Source: Chrysomallon squamiferum (Eukaryota; Animalia; Mollusca). From it: a stretch of DNA of 64,000 nucleotides. The stretch is from the NCBI GenBank assembly GCA_012295275.1, contig CM022665.1, forward strand, positions 34,162,001 through 34,226,000. Direction: 5' to 3'. Shown in pieces: positions 24,350 to 39,200 of this stretch. Numbering within the stretch: the first letter of the stretch is position 1; every line of letters begins with the position of its first letter. The notes beneath the pieces are model-generated. The model ran no database searches. It had not been told where the DNA came from and saw nothing but the letters and a program-made list of their open reading frames with translations. The position numbers and the translations under genes are program-made.

Positions 24350-26382
24350 GTGGTAAAACAACCTCGGTGCACAGAGCTGCTAAACAAATCACATACTCTG
24401 ATTTAAAAAAAAATTCACTGCTTATGGTTCCCTAAATTTTATAAAAATATTTTCCTGATATTTTTTGTCAGGCCATTCTCATCTATGTATATATAATACT
24501 TTATTATTATTAAAATATTTTTAACAATATATGGGAAGTAAGGAATAAACAACTGCCAATTCTATATGTACAAGAAAGCACATTCATAACCTTTGGTAAT
24601 TTTTTACAGAATTAATATAAAAAATAAAAAAAAGAGGTTGTAAGTCTAAAATATGTAGTTGAACAATATTTATTCATAATTAATACATTACAACTGGTGA
24701 TTTTTTAAATGCATATTAAACAAAGTAAATGTATAAATATTAATTTTAACATTAACTTGTCACAATACTATGCCAGCAAGATGAATAACAGATGGGAAAA
24801 AAAAGAAAATTATATTTAACATCTGACTGAGGGATTCATTAATTAAAATGACCAGTAGGTTTCAAAATAATAACAAAATGTTAGTCCTTTCAGTCAGATT
24901 AAATGACTGAATAACTTTCTTATTGTAGAAAATTAACAAAAACCAAAAGAATTAAATGGCAATTTCTGTTAATGTCCTAATTCTCTAAAATTACATCAAA
25001 ATTTAAAACTTCTAATTATGGAAAGTTATGTCACAGGAAAGATCAGTTCAGACAAACTCTCAAAACTCTTATCTACAGAAAATGCCCATTTCCCAAATTA
25101 TTATCTAAACAACAGCAACAAACTACCAATAATTAAAACCTGATATATGTTCTAACAATATTGGTACTGAAGAAAAATATTAATGCAATCAAACTTGAGC
25201 ACACTGGATCAGACCAGTCAATTTCAGACTATTACTTGTAGAAAACTAACAACTGAATATAATAAGTGAAAAAACAAGATGCAAGAAGGTTTAATAATGT
25301 TGTTATTCACAGAAAAGTACTAAAATCATGAAAAAAGCAAGACGTAACAATACTACCATTCATAAATATGGAAGCTGTAATATGAAGTATCTCAAACTGG
25401 TAGAAAAATATCAACTTTTGCTAAGAATATTAACATCAGTGGTATTTTTGTTTGCATATGTTCAAATAAGTTCTAAAAATATTAATTAAGCCTTTAAGGA
25501 TTAAGAAAACCATTAATATTGATATTATTGTTCATTTTATAATTAAGAAAATCAACAGTTCCAGTGTGCTCACCAAAACAATCTTTATGAACATAACTTA
25601 AGTGTACTTTATATTTAAGCTGCCTTTTGACAAATGTATTAAAAAGCATCTGTCAAATCCATACAAACTCTTATTGAGATTGCATCCCCTAAAACATGTA
25701 GCTACCTAAAATATAAAAAAAAATTATTCTGTATTTAAAAACTTCTATTGGGTTCATATGAACATTTCTACTTTCTTAGTTCAAAAATTACTGAACAATA
25801 TGGATACAACAACAAAAAAAGTAACAAAGAACTAGCATTTATAATGAAGAAAGAATTGCATAACTGATGCTCAGATTGTACAACAAGTGATTATGTACAA
25901 ATAACATGACATTTTATAATAAACCATCTGTATGTACTCAAATTCTGGATTTTTCTTTAAAAATTACAGTCATAAACTTCCTCCATGCAGATTTTTCAAC
26001 AGATGTTAACAACATCACCAACACTTTAACAAAGAACTTCCTTGAAACTTAAGTCTCTCTCCTTTTACAATAACTATGACATAAATCAAGTTTTTCATTA
26101 TAACATAAATCCAAAGTTCCATGTACTGGTTCCAACCTTTGAAAGCGTGTATATTTACTGCAGTTATATAGTACTTGTGTATTTTTCTCCTGCAGTTAAC
26201 ATTTACTGTTGATGTTTATTCAGCTGTTTTATATAACATTATTAAATTATCTTTGAGATATCAATAAAACACGTCTAATGACTATTAAATTATAGCTTGT
26301 AATTATTAGCAAAATAAATAGGATTTCTCAGAGGAATATTAGGCATTTTTTACCTTTTCCTTTTTAAATATAAACATAAAAA

Positions 26383-29071
26383 CTATACATTTTCTAACTT
26401 ATCTGGATGGGAACATCTGACAGTTAACACATAAAATAATGCTGGGAATGGTACCAGAGCCAAAAGAGGCATTTCAAAACTAGGATTCTTCAATTCTGTC
26501 AGTGAAATTATTCCATAGGCATGTAATGCCCAGTGTCCCACAAGTATTGTAGCATTTCGGCCATTGGTAAAACTATCAACAAATAAGTCTTTAATGTTCT
26601 AAAAATAAAGAAAGAAAATTGAAAAGAACATGAAGTTTCCTGAAATATTCAAATATAAATATAAATATGTTTTGAGGATGCTAAACTTAGTTTTGAGGGT
26701 AATCAAACATTTTTGGAAACATCATAAATGTTGCAGGTAGGTAAAGATCACTTGTGCTAATAAATGATGTGTAATTAGTAAAAACTTGTAAGAACAGTAA
26801 AAGTTACAATTCCATTAATATGTTTCAATGAAATTAATATTTAAAAAAATAATGTTTTTTACTTGTTTCTTTACTTGCAACATTTTTAAATCAACTCTTT
26901 TTTATTTTCTAAAAAACCAACAGCAACAAGAACAATAAAAATAAAAATCACACATACATATAAAATAATTCTTTCTTTACCTGTTCTTTCATTGTAGCAA
27001 GGTGTACTGCACTTGTCACAACAGATACAACCAATATTATGTATGGAAATGCATAATCTGAAAAAAGAAGAGTTTTTAAAAATACTTTTAGGATCTGTTG
27101 TTCAATTTAGATTATAAAAAAATAATAAAATAAAATCAATAAATAAAGTAACAATTCTCAAAAAATGTTAACAAAAGTTCTTATATATCAAGATAAAATT
27201 ATATATTAAAAACTGACAAAAGTTACTTTGAATAAAACACCATAAAAATGAAACATGTAATATTGAATATTTTCACATTTTCATCTAACTTACATAGAAG
27301 TCCTCCAAAAATAGCCTGTACAACAATCAGTATTGGTAAGAAGTATAGTGCTGCATATGCTGACTTAGTACCCCGTGATTCAACCAACTTGAAGGATACA
27401 AATGTTCTGATAAGCAACAGAAAGACAAGTGATAGGGAGTAGTGTATCATAACCATTGAATACCTACAAAATAAAAAATACATGTGTTAAATTATTCTTT
27501 CCAATCAGCAGTATTGTTTCTTATGTCACTTTAAGAAAATATTTAAACACAGATTTTGTCACTGTGTTTACAACAAAAAAATATTAAATTTTATGTTCTC
27601 CCTATACCAGCAAACTGATTTAAAAAAAAAAAATAAAAAAAAAAATAAAAAATATCAATATTTTCACCCAGAAATATTTCATTTGTCTTAATAAAACATT
27701 CTCTTCTGGTATGTATAATAATACAAAGTAGTTTAAGTTTTAAAAAATCAGTGTATCTCTTTCTGTATCAACATACATAGTGAAAGGAAAGAAAGTCGAA
27801 GAAAACAAGTAAAAACTGAAGGTATGTTTTTTGTTTTTTAACACTGCATTTTCAATCAGCAAATACTTATTATAAAAGTGTGAAGTATCAACTAAACTCA
27901 ATTATTTAAGTAAATTCACTTATTTATATGACAGATATTTCAGTATGTATGTACCTTCTAAACACATTACAAATAACAGTTAATATTAATAGTGAATGCA
28001 TGTGAACTCACAGAGGAAACACCATTTCTTGAGTACAATGAAGAGTAGTTGTGTAATTGATGCTTGGATTGTACAGCAATGTGTACCAGTCAGAGAGGTG
28101 GTTGACACTGCAGGATCTAATATCAAGTCTGCCTACAGGGTCTGCCATGACCAAGGTTAGCAGAGCAGCCAGGACACTTTCTAGCAGAGCACTGATGTGA
28201 AGAAATATCACTCGTCTGAAAATCAAAGATGTGTATAATAAAAAAAATTAAAAAAAAGTACTACATGGACAACATAAACTAATTATTTTAAAATACTGCT
28301 TACTGTATTCCATTTATAAACTGAAGCACAAAATCTTCATACTAAATTATAATAAAATAAATGCTCAAACAAAATAATTAATTAATTATTATATATATTT
28401 ACTGGCTTCTGTTTTGAAACAATCATATCAAGTTTTGAAAATATAATAAATAAAAAGAAATAATTGTTTTTATAACTAAGATAAATGTCTGACATTGCAA
28501 ATTGGTCATTAGCCATTTTAAATAATATTAAAGCAGTAATAATTACAAGAACAGCAGCCTTAATGAAAATAACAATAATAATTCAATAAATGTTATACTT
28601 TATTTACTGTTATATTAGTAAAATGAATATTTGTTTCTGTTAAGTATTATTTTTCCTATGTGATCAAAAGTGAAAAAATATATTAATTATTTGGGATCAA
28701 AATGCTGAACTAATTAAAAAAATATCATTGACAGTTATGCAGATGGGAAGTACAGGATTTTCTGTAAAATAACGACACATTCAGGACAATATAATTATTT
28801 AAACTGTAAACTAAAATTTAAAAAAAAGAAAATAGACAGTACTTTTTTCTCCTGGTGGTAAATTCAATAAAAAACCAGTGTAGAACAAGAGAAAGAAGTG
28901 CCATAAATCCAAGATACAGCTGATCATATAATGTGAGATGTCCATCACATCGTATGCACATTGACTTACTATCTGGTTGATAACCTCGTGGACAAGCCTA
29001 TTATATAATAAAATTGAAACATGAATATTAATATTATCAGTGTACTTAGACATATATTACTACAGATACTT

Positions 29072-29104
<33 letters not shown>

Positions 29105-31226
29105 AAAACAGAAGTATCAACATATTTATATGCATGATTCTGACAGAGAAACCTCATTTTAACATGTGGGAGATCGGGGCACAGTGGATTGGAAATCTTC
29201 TGTTTAATATTATTTCTATGTTAAAGTCAGCATACTTAATGATGATGGTGGAAATGATAGAAGAACTTCACCTGTATAAAACTTTTTACTTATAACCTGC
29301 CAACTGCCACCATTTTTTGGTGAATGGAAATTTTAAAAAAAATATTGGATACACTGTGATGGTACCTAAGTGTAGGCAAAAGGAAATAAAATTATAATAA
29401 CTCAATTTAAAACAGTCCTATAAAACCTGTTACAGTTAAACCTAGTGTTCAAGATTATAAACAGTGAACAAGTACAAAGGGAACATAGTATGTGCATGTC
29501 TTGCAAAACATTTTAAACTAAACTGCATCTGTGGGTCATGCAATACTCAAAACAGGTCAGTGAATCCCCTGGTTGAAGATGTTAACTGATGTTAACCTGT
29601 CGCAGCACATCTGAGTAAGAGGTGAGGTCCACTGGAAATACCATGTGGTGTGTGACACGAGCTGTGCCATCTTATTGGTTGGGAGCAGGCAACTTTCCTA
29701 CAACATCATTGAATGAAACATCTGGTATGTCTTCTACATTTGGAAAAATAAATGTGAATGACTTTGGTTTCTCACATCTCAAGAACTTCACTTCAAAGAC
29801 TGCCTCATCAGTAGCTTCAATACGGTTTTGGACCTGCCCTATGTACACAACTGTAGTTTTTTCACTGAAAACTTTATCAAAACAAAATCGTAAGTATTGA
29901 GTGCATTGGAATCTGGCAATTCTATGTCCTCTACTTGATGCTCCATAAGTTCATCATAGTCTGATGCATCATCATCATCAACACAGAATGTGCTGTCATC
30001 TGCTTCCTTGTTGGAACTTGTGCTGTCTTCATTTGCATTATCTATAGACTGGAACTTAAGCTTCTTTGTAACTTTTCTAACTACTTTAATCTTTCGGCTC
30101 TCTTGTTTATCTTTCTTTCTTTTTCTTTTTTGTTCAACTTCTCTTATTTGTTCCTTGATTGGAGTGTCTGTCAGAATAAGAGTTGCACCCTTCTTTCTTC
30201 CTCCTTTGTTTTTACCTGTCAGCCTGTACTGAATTTTTGATACTATAATAAGGTTATCCTATAGAAGTATCACTTCATCATGACTGAAAACCTGGTGGCA
30301 GTTGTATTTTGGTGAATATGCTTGTCTTCAGAAGTGCGTGCCTTTTTCACGTATCTACAGAGAGTTGAAAACTTGATGTTATGTGTTACACCAACATTTT
30401 GAATACTTTTTCCTTCATCAATCACAGTGCAAACAGTTTCTTTCATTTGCCCACTATCAGTATTTCCCATTTTTCTTTCTCCTTGTTTCGTATTGCGTAC
30501 CATTAATTGTATTGCCTGAAATGGTAAAATAAAAACTGTTAATTAAGAGGCTATCTTAAGAATATAAAATAATTTCAATGAGGAAAATAAAATTAGTTTA
30601 GAAAAAAAAATAAAGTTTTGAAAATTTTCCAGAGCACAGTGAATCACTTGTCAAAATGAGCCACTGTACCCCAAATGCACTTAATGCCCTTTTGTGGCAC
30701 TGTTTTAAAAGTGGCTGCCTGCAGCAGACAGAGCACGTGGTTATTAACTGCATGAGACAGCCTTCTAATTAAAAACAAGTGCTTGGTTACTGATTACTGG
30801 ATGATCTATACTAAATGACAAAAACAATAGAGCATGCAAATTTTACTTTAGGTAGTGAAAAACATACTTTACCTTGTAATTATTCTGCAGTGAAATCTGG
30901 TCTTGAATCATGCACTAATTCAGTTGGGGATTGCCTACAGGTATAAACTGAAGACATCATCTTGTTATTACAAAGTATCAATTTCTCTAAAAATAGACAG
31001 ATTCACTGTGCCCCGGTCTCCCCTACATTTGATCATAAAATATTTATATTGTAACAAAAATAAATTGCACTTACAATCTTTTATCTTTTTATGATAAGAA
31101 AAACAATGAGTTAATTAAATTACATATATAATTTTAAAAACTAATTACCCCACATTCGGATTCTGGTAAAATTTTTCCACAATACAGACCAGGACATAAA
31201 TGTGACTGCTTTACAAGAGCTAAAAA

Positions 31227-31267
<41 letters not shown>

Positions 31268-31509
31268 AAATAAATAAATTAGTAATATAATCTGAAACAC
31301 ACATAACGCTCGAGTTTTCAAGTCTGTATGAATCTGTGGCTTAATATTTAACTCGACACTACTAAATGGTCCATTCGCTTACACACAGTTACTATTATTG
31401 TATTAATCATTTACTAAATGATTTAGTCGTGACCACAGACCCGGTGGATATTATTTATATTACCATTATTAGAACATTACCTACCTCCATCAGCAACTTC
31501 AGCCATCAT
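26383..31509 (-). CDS. JKAMP: JNK1/MAPK8-associated membrane protein (JAMP), 305 aa, multi-pass ER membrane protein
   Basis: Exons 31509-31485, 31219-31149, 28997-28843, 28215-28012, 27463-27294, 27057-26981 and 26598-26383 total 918 nt, in phase. Family motifs: CPGLYCGK, CGACPRG, LYLGFMAL..LVLHWFFIE, LSDWYTLLYNPS, LHCTQE, YAALYFLPIL, GGLLYYAFPYII, HWALHAYGIIS. Confidence 0.95.
29168..31023 (-). mobile_element. Internally deleted pogo/Tigger-like transposon in JKAMP intron 2
   Basis: TIRs GGGAGATCGGGGCACAGTGGAT / ATTCACTGTGCCCCGGTCTCCCC, with TA on the right flank. ORF 30503-30270 is a psq-type HTH (GKSIQNVGVTHNIKFSTLCRYVKK). It is joined to a C-terminal-type segment (RKKGATLILTDTP); no DDE domain is visible. 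Confidence 0.75.
31229..31264. repeat. (TA)n microsatellite next to the JKAMP exon 2 acceptor
   Basis: Read directly. Confidence 0.85.
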
Positions 31510-31918
31510 TTGACATATTACAAACAACCAAGCATAAAAAACAGTGTTTATGATGACACATTTTTCCATGTTTAAAGTATAATAATATATTTATAAATTA
31601 ACGTTAACATATGCAGAAGAAGTCAGATCAAATATATTAAAGAGAAACGAAAACGGAACAGATCTGCAATACTTTGACTTTAGAGTTACTTTCCTTGTTT
31701 TAACAACAAAAACGCCTCGATGAAAAAGATTTAAATTATAATAATCTGTCATTAAAGAAGAAAAAAAGAAGATAATAATAATATTATACCAACAAAAAAT
31801 AATGAATAAAAAAAAATAAAAATAATACAAAATTATATAAACAGAATTTTTTTATTTCTTAAATAATGTGAAATAAGCAAGAACTTATTTTTGTCAATAA
31901 TTGATGTTTTTATTTAGT

Positions 31919-32113
31919 CCAATCATTAACCAGTTAACAAATGGTAATAATAGCCAATCAACAATCCTGATACGAAAAGCGGTAAATTCGAGTACTTTTT
32001 TTATTTTATTTTTCATATTTTTTTACATAATGATAATAAATAAAAAATTTCAGTGCAATATTTTGTAAACAAGTTAAAAATAGCCACATAGTTAGACGTA
32101 AGTTTATTTCAAA
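31919..32113 (+). promoter_or_regulatory. Candidate NEK2 promoter with two CCAAT boxes, a MYB site and a CHR-like element
   Basis: CCAAT at 31919 and 31954, CAGTTA (reverse of TAACTG) at 31931, TTCAAA at 32108-32113. Lies between the divergent JKAMP and NEK2 genes. Confidence 0.4.
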
Positions 32114-33245
32114 TTGAATTTTTATTTAATATCATAGAAGAAATATTACAATGGTAACTTTATAAATTGTACAAGTTGCAACGTGTTTTATTATGAATAT
32201 TTATAACAATGATAATGAATGAACACGTTACGACCTGTTTAAAAAGACTTCATCGTATTCATTTTTGTTTTGTTTGGTTTTGTCTGTTTGGATTACTTTT
32301 TTGGAAAAATAATATGTCAGCAAATGAGAAAAAAAAAAATAATGGAATTTGCAGCAGGAAATTATAAGAAAACTGACAGTGTTGTTAATAATTACAATGT
32401 TGAAGATAAAGAACAAATTCAGCATGTTCAGGAAGATCATCAGTCATGCAGAACCACTCATTTTCTAGGCCATTCATCAGAACTCAGAAAAGCGTAATAT
32501 GAACTCGACAGTAGATGAGATTATTCTAATTCTAGACTTAAGTTTTTAGATTTCAGTTTGAATAAAAATGGCAGTTAAAAATATAACAGTTAAATTGAGA
32601 TGGTGTTGTAAAAATGCATTTCTTGAATATAGCTAAAGCAGCTGAGTTCTGCTTGTAGTCAGTTTTAGCAACTTCTTTTTCAAGAAATATGTTTATTAAA
32701 ATGGTATCAGTTTCAGTCTTTTTTTTTTTTTTTTAACAAATTAGCAGGGATGCTGAAGCTAAATATCCCATTATTCATATTAATATTTAGGAGGTAGGGT
32801 ATCAGTTTTAATTTAACAAAAAAGAAGAAAAAGATTTTATTGTTAAGACATTAATTATGTATTCAAGAAAGGACTGTTGCTCACTAATGTTCAATTCCTC
32901 TAATGCGTTTTTTTCCTACTGAGGTCTGCTCATCAGCTTGTTTACCAATGGCGGTGTAACATATGCTTTCCATACAAAACAACAAACTTATAATTTCCCT
33001 GAAAAGAACAAATTTGCAGCAATTTCCCTGATCACACTCAAAATCAGGACTGTAATATACTGAAGAGAATAAAATTCTGTTATTTTTAAAATATTTATTT
33101 CAACATTTTAAGAATATAACTGTTGAAATATAAAAAATTTGTTATGAATAAGGTTATTTAAAAAAAAAAAAAATTTTCCCTTGTAAATAAAATCATCAAA
33201 TTTTAATGTTACCTTTTGTTAATTTTAATTACTTACAGATCCAAA

Positions 33246-36200
33246 ATGCCTACTGCACTTGATGATTTTGAAATTCTGGAAACTATAGGGACTGGTTCTT
33301 ATGGAACCTGCAAAAAAATCAGAAGAAAGAAGGATGGAAAGGTGAACATTGATTATCAGTTTTTCATGAAGTTTGAAGTATTGCAAACAGGGATATGCAT
33401 ATTACTTGAACTTGATATTTCTAGCAGAATGCAGATTTTGAATTCTTTTGAATGAGTTGAATGTGTTTTTCCAAATAATTTATTTATTTTTATCTTTTAT
33501 CCTGTTGACAGCTCTGCTTTAAGAATTTTATTATTGGTGTTTTTAAAAATAACATAAAATGGTCTGAAACTCGACAATAATTTGAAATAATTCATACTGT
33601 AAGTATCTTACTGCAGCTTGATATGTAAAATCACTTTACAGATTTTGGTATGGAAGGAAATGGACTATGGCTTTATGACTGAGGCAGAAAAGCAGATGCT
33701 AGTATCAGAGGTAAACCTGCTGCGTGAACTACGACATCAACATATTGTACGCTATTATGACCGTATCATTGATCGCAGCAAAACTACCATTTATATCATC
33801 ATGGAGTATTGTGAAGGAGGTGACTTGGCCACTATGATTGCTAACAACAAGAAACAAGGGTAAGACATTTCTATTTTCAAGTGTGGTCCTTTAATTTCAA
33901 TCAACTTACACATTTTCTTAAAAAGAAGAATGGCAATAAATTCATTAGTTAAGGTTTATCAGAAAATATTTAAAATTATCGTTTTCTGTGTTACTAATTT
34001 AATTTTCTTGCTTGTAAACGATAACTGATGCATTTAATTTAGTTACCTTGTATTTGAAATAAAACTCAGTACTTGTGCCTGGTGAACAAAATTATTATGA
34101 TTTATTTATAAATATTTTATTTCATAGTACTCATGTCACTGAAGAATTTGCTTGGAAAATTCTCATTCAAATGACACTGGCTTTACAAGATTGTCATCGA
34201 AGGAAAAATGGGCGAGCTGTTCTCCATCGAGATCTCAAACCTGCTAATATATTTTTGGATGGTAATCAAAATGTTAAACTTGGTGACTTTGGGCTGGCCC
34301 GAGTCCTACATCATGAAACAAGCTTTGCCAACACTTATGTAGGAACACCATATTACATGTCCCCAGTAAGTGCGGTATGAAGAATTTAGTGTGAAACATT
34401 TGGACTTATTTTAGGACAATTATCAAATTAAATTTTAAGAAATGAATCCTTTACTTAATTTAATTTATTATATGAAATACTGAAAATAAAAGATAAAAAA
34501 GCTTTTTAGATGTGGTCATTGCATCCAGAACAATATTAATATTTCATTCATTTAATATAAATGTGGATGTAAAGTGCAGTGTTGTGTTACTTTACAAATT
34601 ATGAAGCTTTAAAATATCTTAATTGTTTTTACAATATAAATATTTTATAATTGTATGTTTTATGACTCTCTCCTATCCAGAATTATATGTCTTCATCCTT
34701 ATGAATAGGTAACAGAAAAATTATTTTTTAATTTTCCGTATGACATGATAAGAAAGAGATCCATTTGTTATTCAATACAGAATGGCTGCAAAGAGAGATT
34801 TCTGGCATACAAGATCAACATTAGCATATTTTTCATATTACTATTATTTTTTATCTTTAGGAACTGGTGAACAATTTGTCATACAATGAAAAGAGTGACA
34901 TCTGGTCAATGGGATGTATGTTGTATGAGCTGTGTGCACTTCATCCTCCATTCACTGCTCCAAACCAATCAGAACTAAACAGAAAGATTCGGTCTGGAGT
35001 ATTTCCTCGTCTTCCAGCACAGTACTCTGATGATCTGGATCAGATAATTCGAAAATTAATTGTAATAGAGGTGAGGCAGAAATCTTTAGTATTTTATAAC
35101 TGATCATTTTATATTAATATTTTATGTTAAAAACAACTGTGTCTAATGTATAAAATGGTTTTTTTTTTTCATTTAAAGCAAGAGTCTTTTATATTCATAA
35201 TATTTCAAAATGATTTAATTTTATATAATGTTAACAGATATCATTCTGATTATAAATCCTTTCTGTTTTAATTCCTTATATCCATGACTCTTGTTTATAT
35301 AAATTTATTGTTTTAAAATGGAGGTTCTGAAAAGGCCAAGCATTGAACAAGTACTGACTGATCCCTTGTTAGTGTTCAGGAGATTTAAAATGGAAAAACA
35401 TAATTCAGCTGATCCAGCATCTGAGAGCATGAAACTCAAACTTGAACTGGAGGAAGAATTTAGAGTCCGACAGAAAGTTCTTGATCTTCGAGAAAAAGAA
35501 TTAGAAAGTTTGTTAATTACATGTTTTGTGGAAAATTTATTTTGATATTTAATAATAATTTAAATATCCTTTAGAATGAATAAACTAATAAATTTTAAAA
35601 ATAATAATGGAATATATCTGTTTATAACATTTCAGTAGATTTTTTAATTGCTGATTTTGGATTTTTATAAAATTGTCACATTCACAGATTGGTCTTCATT
35701 TCTCAGATTGTTTTAGGTCAACAGTCGATGCTATTTCTTTGAATTAAAAAAAAATCTGATTACAAGTACTAAATGTTTTAATGGTCTGTATGTTTAGCAG
35801 TTGAAGATAATAAATATTTTTTGCTGACAGTGAAATTAAATTTGCTGTAAAATACTTGTTATTTTAAAACAGTGTTATTACATTATAAGTTTGATAATAT
35901 TTACACTTTTAAAAGTTCATTTGTCTTTAAAACATTTGTTAATTTAGGTCGTGAAAGAGCTGTAGCTTCTCGTGAAAAGGCAGTGGATGAAAAATATAAG
36001 AGGTAAATTTTTGCATTATTTTTAATCATTTTCGCATATACCACTGTTTGGTATCAGTCAGTTTCATCCACTGAAGACTGAAGCATATTTGTCTTAGGAA
36101 CAGTAGAGAAACCTGGATTTTCTGCGCAAGTCAGTATTAGAGTGTAAGAGGAAATGAAATGATGATCTTCCTATTTAGCTCTGAGCATGGTACCATTATG

Positions 36201-39200
36201 TATTTCTTATAAATATTTCTTTGCATTTTTAGTAGATAATTTCTTTAAATTTTTCTTTAAATTTGTTCTTTTTTTTTTAAATGTATTTTACACATATGTT
36301 TACTTTTGGAGTATATTAAAGTATTTTGCTGAATATTACAGAGTTGTTGAAATATGGAAACAGCTGAAGAAACGTGACTCGGCTGTTATAGATGAAAATA
36401 GAGCAAGCCCAGTATCCCCTGTACAGCTAGGTAGGAAACTGGATAGCTGGCGTGTACAGCTTGTCTCTCCTGTCCCTGCGCACTGCTGCCAATGTTTCCC
36501 CCAGTGTTAACTGTAACCCACCAGCAATTAATTTTCTGCCACATGAACGCTCACCGCTTCAGAGGCTTAATCAGATGCATAGATAGACTAGATTAGATAG
36601 TAGAATAGATTAACTCTAACGTGGCCATGCAATTGTTTGTCCCAAGTTACTGAGGTTTGAAAAAAAAAAAATTGCTTTATGAAAAAACCTAGAAAAGTAT
36701 AGAATATGAAGAATTAATTTCTTTCAGAGTGAAATGTTTTTGCCATATATAATTATCAGTTTCACAGATTTCGTTTTAAAATTTTAAAATTTTTAAATTT
36801 GGGCTTGTACAGTTTATTTAAAAAAAAAAAAAAATTATCTTGGGACAAATAATGACTTTTTCTACCTTGCTGTGTATTAATATAACATTTGTTAAGAAAT
36901 GATTTTCAGGTAATATTTGACTAGTTTTTTTAATTCATATTGTACATGTAAAGAGACTTTTCTTTTTATCTTTGCTAGACATGGTGACTTGTACCTATAC
37001 ATAGATTCATATTTGCATATATTCTATGATTTTGGACTGTCATTCATTCTTAGAAATACATATGAAACATTGAAAGAGAATAGTAAGATTCAATTATCTA
37101 TTTTAAATGTACTAAGAAAAGCAAATTATAAAATGTACTATTTGTTTCTGCAGACAGCTCACATTTTTATGCTAATTCCATTTTGACGTTATCCTCTATC
37201 TATGGTATAGAAGCCTTTGGAGGGTTATTTAAACTAAAATTACAGAAATAATGGTATAAAAATCTTAGTAAACTAATTTGGAAGGCCAGCATTAAGATAA
37301 TTCGTCTAACCCTGAAAATCTGAGATGCTTTTTGTTTTGTTTTTTGATATAAAATGAATCTGTCATAGAGATCCATGACGGTAGAAGATATGTAGGTAAA
37401 TATCAATCAGTTTTTAACAAATGTTTAATTTTTAATATAAATTTTGATGATTTTATAGTGTTAAAGTTACCTGAAATGAAATGTTTATCACATGTAATTT
37501 TTTCCTAATATTTGTAGTGTTTGACATTTTTAACAGCAGACATTTGACAAAATCTTAATTTTTTTAATCAAAATTACAGTAATTTTGAATTTTATAATTT
37601 TTTTCTTGTTCCTTTTAACTTTGTTATATCAATATGTATTTTGTTCTTTTTTGTGTATAGTGTACATTACTTACCTAACTTTTATGATGCATTTTTGATC
37701 TTTTTAATTTTGTAAATCAGAAATCAATTTCTGGCTTCTTTCTTCTGTTAACAGACAGTGTGGTTAATATCTGTTGGTATTGTACTGCCATCATTTGATT
37801 AACCTTCACCTAGTCATAGTTGGTGCGTAACTCATTATTTTCATGGATATACTCTTTAAGTGATAGCTTGTGGCTGACATTTTACATTGACAGTAAAATG
37901 GCAGATTAAGGAAAATTATTTTTTGCAACATGTCTTCCATTTCATAGTTACAAAATGTGTTATAAAATTAAACAAAATAATATAATACTAAACATACATT
38001 AGAAGTAACATTTTTAAAGAAGTTTATTTTAAAGGAAGAGCTAATGTTGACCAGACATCTAAAATTGATGAATATCCTTTTAACACATTTTAAAACATTT
38101 TATCTATTTACAAACATCTTCTACCACTCTGTGACTTTTTTAATAATTTTTATACAACTGTTGATCAGTTACCAACAGCTTCATTTTATATAACACAAAT
38201 GCAAGCTTGACCATATTTTGTTGTATCATAAGAAACTATAAATAAAAAGATTTAATAACACACTGAATTTCAGTGAATATAGATTTAACAAAACAAAGAA
38301 CAACAAAGGTTTAAATATTTTTGTATGATAGCTGAAATATTTAGAAATGTATATTTTTATAATTTTATTGTAATGTTTTGGAGTTTCTTTACTGTGGGTA
38401 GATGAAATGGAAGGGCAGGATATAAAAAATAATATAAAATTTCAAATGATTACTAATTAAAATCACAGTAAAAAGTGTAAAAATACAAATGACACAAGTT
38501 TTAATGAGTTATCCATGAAAGTAATCATAATATTTCTTTCATTTCTTACTCTTTGTCATGTTCTGTCATGTGTGCAATATACATTTGTGGATTATTTTTT
38601 AAAATGTACAATATACACTTGTACATGGTAGTGTGTACAATATACTCATCTTAGTATTTTTAGAAGATTTTCTGTCACTTTAATGAGATGACCATCTGGA
38701 ATGCTGACATGTTTAGAATGTTTATAATACTCGTATCTTTAAGAGAAAACACAAATATTTTTGATAATTTGCTTTACAATCTTTCGTGTTTAATCACGAA
38801 GTAATGTAGTATGTGCAGTCATAATGTTTGTAGATAATCATATTTTTCATAACAAAAACAGATAAAATATTTTGGTGCAGTTCCTTCAGAAATTTGCCAG
38901 CTGAAGAGTAATATATAATTGGTTTTATTTAGTTTTTATCTTTTTTAAAGTGGAAATTTGAAGGTAATGCAGATTCAATCATTTTTACATAGTTATTACC
39001 TTCATTGTGCTGTTTTGTATCAAAAATCTTGGGTTTCATGTTGGATTATCACACTGGCAACCAGGTGTTGCATCACACATTAAATTCTGACATAAAAAAA
39101 AAATCTTGCCTCCTGATAATTACATACAGATTTTTAGGATCACTGAAAATGTGTGAAAAACTCATGACTACATTTATTCAGAAAACATACGAAATGAGAA

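Noticed and set aside
36412-36420. GTATCCCCT resembling a U12-type donor in NEK2
   Set aside because: It deviates from GTATCCTT and its phase does not fit the last exon, whereas the GT at 36431 does.
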